NCBI RefSeq assembly: GCF_964355755.1
Contig: NC_092673.1
Span: 31,245,648-31,309,647, forward strand
DNA length: 64,000 nucleotides
Reading direction: 5' to 3'
Source of the DNA: Antedon mediterranea
Lineage: Eukaryota; Animalia; Echinodermata
The notes beneath the pieces are model-generated. The model was not told where the DNA came from and made no database searches. It saw nothing but the letters and a program-made list of their open reading frames with translations. This document shows positions 54,216-64,000 of the stretch, piece after piece. How positions within the stretch are numbered: the first letter of the stretch is position 1; each line of letters begins with the position of its first letter. The translations under genes were made by a program, and so were the position numbers.

Positions 54216-57200
54216 CCTATTTTTATGGTGAAAGTGAACAGTAAACCTACTTACCATATTTTTTTTAATTGTGAATGTGCTACTTTATTTTTTTTAAATG
54301 ATTTGTTAAATATTAATATAAAAGTTTATTTTAGTTTCCTTTAAGGAAAATATTACCTATATTTAAAACAGAGTTCACTTTATTTTTAAATTTCTATTTT
54401 ATGACAGTAAGCATAGACTATTCGTTTATAATTTGTTTTTGGCAAAAATGTATTTATGTAAGAGCTTTGCCTACATATATTCCATCTAAGAAGTTTATGA
54501 TGAGCAAAAAGCCTAGGCCTACACTGTAGGCTACAGACATGTAGATTTAACCCTAGCTTGTTAAAATAAAACGATTTCGCCCCGGACGATTCGGCCCGAT
54601 ACAATTCAGTTTTTGGTGGGACGATTCTTATTCTAATTACTTTATTAAGATATTTTATTGATATTTCCAAAGTTGGTAGAATATATTAAAATGAATTACT
54701 ACAAACATCATTATACAATTATTCAGGCATTCGTTTTTGTGGCAAAAATGTAAACAAAAAAACAAATCAGTCTATTAGTATAAGATTTTCATAATTTTTG
54801 CATCAAGTGTCAAATTAAACTATAATTTTTTTGCAGTAGCGGCGCATATGCTTATACACTGTGGTGCTTTTTCGGTAGATTTTAAGCAGTGAAAACATTT
54901 TATAATTTTTTTCAATTATACAGTCATGTAGGCCAATCTTTGGAGAACTTTTTACAGTATTTTCTTATGCGACCATCCATTCAGGATGTACAATTTTTAA
55001 ATTAACAAACACAGTGTCCTGAAATCTCCTAAAAACGCTATGTTATTTTTGTTGGTTATGCTCGGCTAGTCACGATTGTTTGTCATCTCGGGAATAATGA
55101 TATACCGTAGTCTATACAGGTCAAGGTAGCCGAAAACGGCACCTGATCCACCTTGTGTTCTGTTTGCCCGCAACAGCCCTGATTGCGAAAAGTATCAGCA
55201 AAGATAGTGCGTTACACTATCTTTGGCTTATAGTGTTGCCCAAAAGCTCTGCTAATTTTTCTGTGTGTTTTACTTTATCGTTTTGATTTAGATTTTTGCT
55301 TTTTTTGTATCTCCATTGAGATCCAGCCACTGATACCCACAGCATTTTCATTTTTTCAGTAGTTTGCCTTTGGATTTTTATATATATGTATATAAATATA
55401 TATTTTCCAAAGAAATCTTATGCAGTGGAATTTTACTGTAGGCAGAGGTATGCACTCTTGGAGTGCCATTTAAGTTTGTTCCATAAATTACAAGTAAAAA
55501 AAAATGTTTTTATACCATATAACGGTCTTTAAAAGTGTCTTAATTTTATATATGTATTGTTATTATTGCCATTATTGATATTGAAAATAAAGTTATGTAC
55601 GAACAACATATTTTTTTTTATTCATGTTTCCTTTAAATTAAAATAAGTAAATAAAAAAGATGGCTTGTGCTCAGCGTGTTTCATTGGCTAAGTCACTGAT
55701 GTATTGTGTCGTTATTGATCACCCAGATTTGGTGGTTGTTAAGCTTGTTGAATCATGGGGGTCAATCTAATCTACGGTCAGTAGGGTACGGCAGAATTTT
55801 ATGATATCAAATGTTATCAAGTACATGCTAACATTATGTTTAATGTTATTGTACGTTTTAACACACTGAAATTGAAGACCACCCTTGTGATAAGTGATGT
55901 TTTGTGTGGTTGATCTCGTTGTGCTGAATGAAAAGTTTAACAACATTTTAACTGATTTTAAATTGTTCTGGAAAAAAAAATATATATCTTAATTTAAATT
56001 TGCCACTAGAGCATGTTAATAACATACTTGATATCATTTTATATCGTACAACCCTCTACTGGGCGTAGATTAGTATGACCGCAGACCGGATCCAATTGCC
56101 TTGAACAAATCCATCTGAAACAAGTTTTTTTTCACCTGTTCTGTTTTCATATTCATTTGGTAAATGCGAGAGGGTTTTTTTTTTACCTTTCATTATTTTG
56201 ACTTTTGGATATTTGAATTTCTTTATTTTTTTAATGAATATATTTTTTTGCAGATTACATTGTTTAAATATTTATTAAGCAGTATTACACCCTTCAATTG
56301 ACATGATTTATTATGTAACATTCCTTGATGTACATTTTTTTGTTTTATGTATTCTGTAGGTGGGCATTTTTCCTGCTGTTGAATATAACAATTCAAAATA
56401 AAAACTTTAATCTTCTGTTTATCTTCCATTTATGGTTATTTCACTGACATATACTATAGATATTTGTCCACTTATATTGCTATAGCGCTTGACCTTTGAC
56501 AAGATCGCCTACAATTTCAAACTAGGGTACTTGTATTGTATATTCAGGAATAGGCGCTCCATAATCTCTTTTGCTTTTCTTCTTTATATGTAAATTAACT
56601 CAAAACTGTTTATACTAATAAACTTTACTGTTAATAGGCCTAGTATGTAAACATTATTGACATAATTACATAAAACATCCACGTATAGTACAACTCTTCA
56701 TAACAAATTTTTTTCAATCTTCTATAAAACTAAAAGTTGTGGTTAGTCATGTCTCGGGTCCATTCTATAGTACAGATAGACTGCTACATCAGTACTTTTA
56801 TGAATGCTAGTTGGTGACAAGAACGCTACTTGATCATACCCAGTACCGTTTTGATTTTACAATCATTCGGGAAACCAACTCACAACAAGTATGTTTCTAG
56901 GATTTACTGTTACAGTATGTGTGTATGATTTAAATCGGTTAAATAATACGGTATTAACTAACTACCCATCATATAGTTAGGTACGTTACATTGCTAGTAT
57001 TCAATTAATGACATTTAAAAGTAAGATGAGTTACATAATAAAATCCACAGTTACTCCATGTTGTCAAATTTATAAAAATATAGACATTTTGGTGTCACAT
57101 CATCTAGATATAAAAACTAGTCTGCTAAATTCTTTTAATCGTCTCCCATCTTTTGATTCTCTTGGATTTTTACTTGTTGCAAACGTTTTCAATTTGCTGG

Positions 57201-58807
57201 TAAACTTTATATTTTTTGTAGATTTTTTTTATGAAATTGTTTGATTTGATGTTTTTAATTAAAGGCCATTTGTAGAAAAAATCCTCAATCCAGCTTTTTG
57301 GCTGCTATAGAATTTTATTTGTCTCAGTGAATTGTTTTTGATGTTCTTTTTGAAATTGAAATAAAGATACCGAGATATATATTATAAGACAGAGCCGTTG
57401 GGGCGGGTGTGAAGACTGTGAAACTTTTATTGGCGCGCTTTCCTAAATCCTTAGTAGATAACACTAAGCTAAAGTGTTTCCAAATAAATATAATTTACGA
57501 AGGCCTATTATTGTATTTTATTTTCACCTCTTACCCTGCCTTTACACCATCTCCACCTATCTCAAATAAATGCAGAAAATATCACTAAAAAATATTTGAA
57601 TAAGAATAACATAAAAACTAAACCAGGTCAAAAAAGACTTGAAATTTTAAGTATTATTTTTATTAAAAAGCGGAATGTATGTAACTGGAATAGAAATAAT
57701 TTTATTTCGTTTTCTTCTTCTTCTGAATATAAATGAGATCAAAATACAAAGCATCACACTACTGAACTGTATTGAAATATCACATTGTTAAGTGCACAGC
57801 TGTGTCCAATGGGCTTAACTACAACAGAAATTTCTGTAAAAAACTTTAGACTAGGTATCGATTAAAAGTTTTAGAAAAACCGGAGAGTTTGTGAAATACA
57901 TTAAACTGAAACGATTACAGTTTATGGGTTTTTTTTTTTATTACTATAGGCCTTTCACTGTAGATCATTTTTTCTCCAACTCTCTAGGCCTAATTAAAAT
58001 ATGTCAAAAAAGGCTAAAAACGCCTGAGGTCTCCAGAGTTCATTATTCCTGGGTATTTGATGACAGTACCATAATGTGCTCTTTGTTGCAAAAATAATGC
58101 ATTGTTCTTGTAAATTGCATAAAACTATTATTTTACACTAAATAACGTCATTTTGTTTTCATCAGTGAGTTCTTGGTGACTATACAATACAGACCACATA
58201 GAAAGATATTAGAAATTCTAAAAAGAGGTATAGTACTAAGAGGTCTCTGAATCTGTCTACCATTGCTTTTAGAAAGAAAATGATGATACAAACGTTCTAA
58301 ATTGTTGGACCAGGAAAACTATTGGAGATATCCAACCAGAGAACCAAGGATTTCAATTTAATACAAGATAACAATGTCTAAATTATGATCTTATCAGCAT
58401 TTTAAACTCCAAGGATATGGTTGTTAAGGATCTGCTTCAGTGGAGATGTTGGGACAACTTGGTGTTGTGAGAAAGACAGTGGCAAGAAACTGGGTAAAAT
58501 GAATAGTTAGATAGTTTTTCTTGGAGTTTGTAATCTTTTGGATGGCGTCAATACCACTTGTGTGATAGGCTGTACTGCAATCTAAACTCAAAGAAGATGA
58601 ACTAAGAATAGGAGAAGATTTCTAAAATAATTTTTCAAGACATTGGTGAAAAAGATGTGAAAGGTAAGATTTCAATACAGTACTTACATCGTAACATTCA
58701 ATCTTCAAAAACGAGATAGAAACTTGTGAATGAATCTAAGAAAGTTTCACCATCAAGACTCAAATTTTGGTCATCTCTGTTTGATATGCAGATGCTCAAT
58801 TAGACCA

Positions 58808-60040
58808 AGTGAGAATGATAAAATATGTAAAGTGAGAATGATAAAATGTGCAAAAGTGAGAATGAGAAAATGTGCAAAGGTGTGAATGAGAAAATGTGCA
58901 AAAGTGAGAATGAGAAAATGTGTAAAAGTGAGAATGAGAAAATGTGTAAAGTGAGAATGAGAAAATGTGTAAAAGTGTGAATGAGAAAATGTGCAAAAGT
59001 GAGAACAATGAGAAAATGTGTAAAAGTGAGAACAATGAGAAAATGTGTAAAAGTGAGAATAAGAAAATGTGTAAAGTGAGAATGAGAAAATGTGTAAAAG
59101 TGAGAATGAGAAAATGTGTAAATATGAGAACAATGAGAAAATGTGTAAATATGAGAACAATGAGAAAATGTGCAAAAGTGAGAACGAGAAAATGTGTAAA
59201 AGTGAGAACAATGAGAAAATGTGTAAAAGTGAGAACAATGAGAAAATGTGTAAAAGTGAGAACAATGAGAAAATGTGTAAAAGTGAGAACAATGAGAAAA
59301 TGTGTAAAAGTGAGAATGAGAAAATGTGTAAAAGTGAGAACAAGAAAATGTGTAAAAGTGAGAACAAGAAAATGTGTAAAGTGAGAATGAGAAAATGTGC
59401 AAAAGTGAGAATAAGAAAATGTGTAAAAGTGGAAATGTGCAAAAGTGAGAATGAGAAAATGTGTAAAAGTGTGAATGAGAAAATGTGTAAAAGTGAGAAT
59501 AAGAAAATGTGTAAAAGTGAGAATAAGAAAATGTGTAAAAGTGAGAATAAGAAAATGTGCAAAAGTGAGAATAAGAAAATGTGTAAAAGTGAGAATGAGA
59601 AAATGTGTAAATATGAGAACAATGAGAAAATGTGTAAATATGAGAACAATGAGAAAATGTGTAAAAGTGAGAACAATGAGAAAATGTGTAAAAGTGAGAA
59701 CAATGAGAAAATGTGTAAAAGTGAGAACAATGAGAAAATGTGTAAAAGTGAGAACAATGAGAAAATGTGTAAAAGTGAGAACAATGAGAAAATGTGTAAA
59801 AGTAAGAACAATGAGAAAATGTGTAAAGTGAGAATGAGAAAATGTGTAAAAGTGTGAATGAGAAAATGTGCAAAAGTGAGAATAAAAAAATGTGTAAAAG
59901 TGAGAACAATGAGAAAATGTGTAAAGTGAGAATGAGAAAATGTGTAAAAGTGAGAACAATGATAAAATGTGTAAAGTGAGAATGAGAAAATGTGTAAAGT
60001 GAAAATATGTGTAAAGTGAGAATGAGAAAATGCGCAAAAG
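58808..60040. repeat. 21-24-bp minisatellite (gagaaaatgtgtaaaagtgagaa[caa]t)n
   Basis: Tandem array; source of the 400-aa repetitive ORFs. Confidence 0.97.
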
Positions 60041-61459
60041 AAAGTTTCACCCATCAAGACTCAGATCTCTGTTTGATATGTAAATACTCAATTAGACTAT
60101 TTCACACCACTAAAACAAAGCGTGAGAATGTTTCATCAATCAAGACTCACATTTTGTTTTTTTCTCATTGATATATTCAGATTCTCTGTTGTTCTACCAC
60201 CACTTTACGTAAATAAAACATTGATTTCTTTTTTGTACAAAAATCAATGATAAATGTTATATAGCTCTGTTTACTTCCCAGTCTAGTCAAACTTTAGCTA
60301 GACAAGCTTGGAAACTTTTATTGTCAAACTTTGAATTCGCTAAAGTTTGTTAGTGTAGCTTACAGTAGCAAACCTTGAAAACTTTTAGTGCAAATTACAA
60401 TTTAAACTTGCTAAAGGTGGCAAACTAAAGTTTCTTAGTGTAGACTAAGCTTAACTTAAAATTAGCAAAATACATTAAGCATCTTCAGTAGTTTCTAAAT
60501 AAAAAAATTTATATTTTTGTTAAATATAGTAACTTTATTATTATTACCAAGTAATATTTAAATGGAAATAAGCTTATAGCTTTTTGGGCTATCCTGAAAA
60601 AATCTTTTATAAATGTTTTTATTTGTAATGTCAGTAATTTATGTTTGATGATTTTTTGGATTAACGGATTCTCAAATTGAAGATAGGGTAATGGGGGTAG
60701 TGAGTTGCAGGCAACCCTTTTCAATTTATCCTGTCATCACCCCTGCATGTAACATAAAGTTATAATTGTGGATGCAGCTGTGGTGGGCAGAGTCACATTT
60801 ACTTTCCTCAAGTTTGTTTAGACCATCTAGCTTAATGCTCACCTTGCACACAACTTGAAAATCTTGTACTGACTATCTCACTTAAACTCTATTAAAGTTA
60901 CCAATTTACACCTATTCAATTTAGCCAGTAAAAAAACGATTCCTTGTCATAACCTTTCATATAAAATCTAACTTGTTTTCAGATGGTCCTAACCTTAACT
61001 TACAGTTACTGTATTTATCAGTAACGGATATGATATAATGTAACAGCCGTAAAATGGACGTATCAACAGTTCCTATTTGAAACTTGAAACTTTGTGTGTG
61101 ATGGGTATATATTATTACATAGGACTGTGACCCACAGTCGGTTATGCTTCGAAGCCCAAAATGGTATTCAGAATGATTCCGAGAATATTTTCTCTCTCTC
61201 CAGCCGCTCTGAACCAGTAGGAAATGGTGATATATAAGGCCTGTTATTCTCAAAGAAATTTCTAGAATAACATTAATATTTAAATCGAAGAAACAAAGTA
61301 AAAATGTTGCTTACATGATTGTAAATTATTAGTATTAATTACAATTACAAACGTAACAAACGCAAAACAATTGCCGGCCTGGACGCATATTCTTTTAGAC
61401 AAAAGGTCATATATCATGACCTTACTTCCGAGGCGACGAACAAAAATAGCGATAACACA

Positions 61460-61917
61460 ATGTCGCCGTAAGTATTTAATAATTTGTAGATCTGTAGAAT
61501 ATTTTTTAGTAGAAAGTAGCTAAGATATTAATAAATGTGTAGAGTTTCTAATAGGTTACTGTGTCTGATTGGTCTATTAAACATTATTTGGAGTGGACCA
61601 ACTGAAGTTTGGGGCTAGGCCACATAGGATGAATATCTTTCACAGTAAAATACTGCTATATAGAACCCAACAGATTATAGGGCTATTTTCCTGTTGCGCA
61701 ATTCTCCACACTGTACTGACCTACCCCAACTTGAACACAAATCAAGTGATGTTTGCAAGGATCAAAACATTCTATTATCAGTCAGAATAAAGGAAAAATA
61801 AAATGTACTTAAGAGCATACTAATCATATTCAAAAGTTTTTTACCATGTATTTGTTATTTTGTGTTTCAGAGTAAAAACACCTGAGCAACTTACAACAGC
61901 AGTTCAGGCTACTCCCG
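61460..61917 (+). pseudogene. Truncated duplicate of gene A (exons 1-2 only)
   Basis: ATGTCGCC|gtaagt 61460-61467 and exon 61871-61917 (VKTPEQLTTAVQATP) are intact, but sequence homologous to about 39090-40270 (both domain exons) is missing near 62210. Confidence 0.65.
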
Positions 61918-63382
61918 GTAAGTTTTCAGAATGTGATACTTGTAATTACTAAACACATCTACACATTAAAGAATAGCAAATAAAACATTTTCATATGATA
62001 GTTATCAATTTCAGCTGCAATGCAATGCAACCCACAAAACATAAATCTAACTTCTTGGCAGTGTGACTCGGAACCGACTATGCAATTTACAGTGTGCATG
62101 CGGATAAGAAAACTTCCACAGCCCAATATGGGCAATGCTAGGCAGCTTCTGACCACGCCTCATCTAAACGCATTACTAAAAAAAGCTCCCCAATAGCGCA
62201 GGAAGTTGGATATTTCTAGGTTGACAAGCCAATCTTTATGTTTATGTTCAGATTGTTCACATAAATATTGGATAATCTCTTGAATTGGCAAAGAACGATT
62301 CATATATTTGTAAATCAGTACCTTCAATTATTCCATTGCATACATTTAACACTCTGTCCTAGTGTATATTACGTTTACTACTTGTTCCACATCATATCAA
62401 TGGCAGTCACACCTAAAAGAAAGCATGTGATAAAAGATCAAACACTTTTTAAATCTTTTAATTCAGCAATGCTGCTATACATGTACCAAAGTTAATTAAT
62501 ATTTTCTGTTGTATGCTGAATTAAATATAGAAAAACACTGGACGAAATGAGAAAATTTAAAGTTAATCTGTAAGAGAAAACACATAAACCCCTATGTGAC
62601 CTTAAAATTGTCCTAGGTTGAGTTGCATGAGGATGGCAATTTAAGTTTACAAATGTAGTGCATACAGTGATACTGATTCACACACCAGGTTTAACTGTAT
62701 CCATCATGAAGATAATTTTCAGTCTGTTGGATCCAAAGTAAAGTTATTATATGACTATGAAAGAAATCTTCCAAAATCATGCTCCCAGTTTACCACATTT
62801 TCTCCCGGATTACAAAAATAACTTAATTTTGTGTGTGTGTTTTTTTGTATTAAAATCGGTAACAAAAAAGGCTTACACACAAGCATATTTACAATAATGA
62901 CAAAAAAATGACAATAACCTATTGATTGTTAAGATCTCAGTTGATTAGTATCAAATTATTAAAAAAATATTATTATTAATAGAAAATCCATAACATAATT
63001 TATAGTAATCCATTAGATATTGCTCACTTAAGGGTGTCTAGAACACTTCGCTTTGGGAAATATATACTCCCTCAAGAAAAATATCATTCCTCGTGGATGT
63101 CAAATCTTATATTTCACTGATATTAAAGGTGATATATGTAATATTATAGCCAAATATCAGTAGACTTGGTTGTAGGTAAGACTATCTGCTGGGTCAGCTA
63201 AGTCTGCCTAGCTAGAGTAGGCATGCGTTCACCTTACCTTGCGAAGAATGACCGTATAAAAGCACATAATTACTAATTGACCAGGCCTAAGCATATTACA
63301 TTTCGCCGTGGCTAAAGATACGGTACCGTATTCTAACTTCTGTTTACTATAGGTACGGTAAAATTGCATTACGTCATAACCA

Positions 63383-64000
63383 GCCAATGGGGTGCTGGTA
63401 CGTGTATGACGTCATCGTATAATATAAGGACTTTGTGGATTTTTTTCATATCGCGAAAACAGTGATCAACCGCATTTTCTTTATGCTTTATTATCGCTAT
63501 TATCGCCGTCGTGTGTGACAAAAACTAAATGTAGCCTACGTCTGTTATTATTATTGAAAAGCCAAAACATGTTGATTTTAATTCTAGAATACAGAAAACC
63601 GTTTCAAAAGAGGCCTAGGCCTACTTACTACGTACTATAACCTCATTATATGAGTTTGTTTGTGTAGGGAAAGCGATGCCAGGCTGGGGCCAGCTGCATG
63701 TGTGCGCTGATTTCTGTGACTCGTCAGCCCTGGGGCTGCTGTCTAAAAATCATAGTATTTGACTGCCTCTATTGTCCGCATTTGCTTGTTGTTTATGGTC
63801 ACCATTGTAAACGAAGTTTAATAAAAAATATAGGCCTAAATAGGCCATTTGGAATAAAAATAAAACCCTCATCTGCAACGCACACACATCCACGCAGCCT
63901 GGCGCCGCCGACAGTCTCTACATATACAACAGACGCGATATGAAAAAAAATCCCAAGTCCTTATACGATGACGTCACACACGTACCAGCACCCCATTGGC
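63383..64000. mobile_element. Inverted-repeat element running off the window end
   Basis: gccaatggggtgctggtacgtgt.tgacgtcatcgtataa..ttttttcatatcgcg (63383-63455) is the reverse complement of 63934-64000. Confidence 0.7.

Larger units (their letters stand above)
57392..62750 (+). repeat. Segmental duplication, block 2
   Basis: Collinear with 33659-41230, with several deletions. Confidence 0.85.

Noticed and set aside
58771-60057. 400-aa ORFs in three minus frames and MCKSENNEK repeats
   Set aside because: Minisatellite artefact.

Overview
AT-rich, intron-rich animal genomic DNA (an invertebrate deuterostome such as an echinoderm is my inference, not shown directly). Left third: two complete minus-strand genes reconstructed exon by exon, MORN5 (5 exons, 175 aa) and a choline transporter-like SLC44A2/4/5-group gene (20 exons, 729 aa, with one U12-type intron). 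At 23.5-27.05 kb there are three paralogous ~500-600 nt units with no conserved ORF. Each has its own TATA promoter with heat-shock and bZIP sites, and a multi-hairpin fold kept through compensatory changes: a candidate undescribed family of stress-inducible structured RNAs. Next is a 5.9-kb Academ-type transposon with ~2.2-kb TIRs. At 38-52 kb, small plus-strand exons missed by the ORF track splice in frame into proteins with three divergent ubiquitin-like modules, and a decayed segmental duplicate lies at 57-63 kb. The rest is MITEs, Helitrons, SINE/LINE fragments and satellites. The long ORFs at 35-36 kb and 58-60 kb are satellite artefacts. All folds and splice models were read by eye; nothing was computed or searched.
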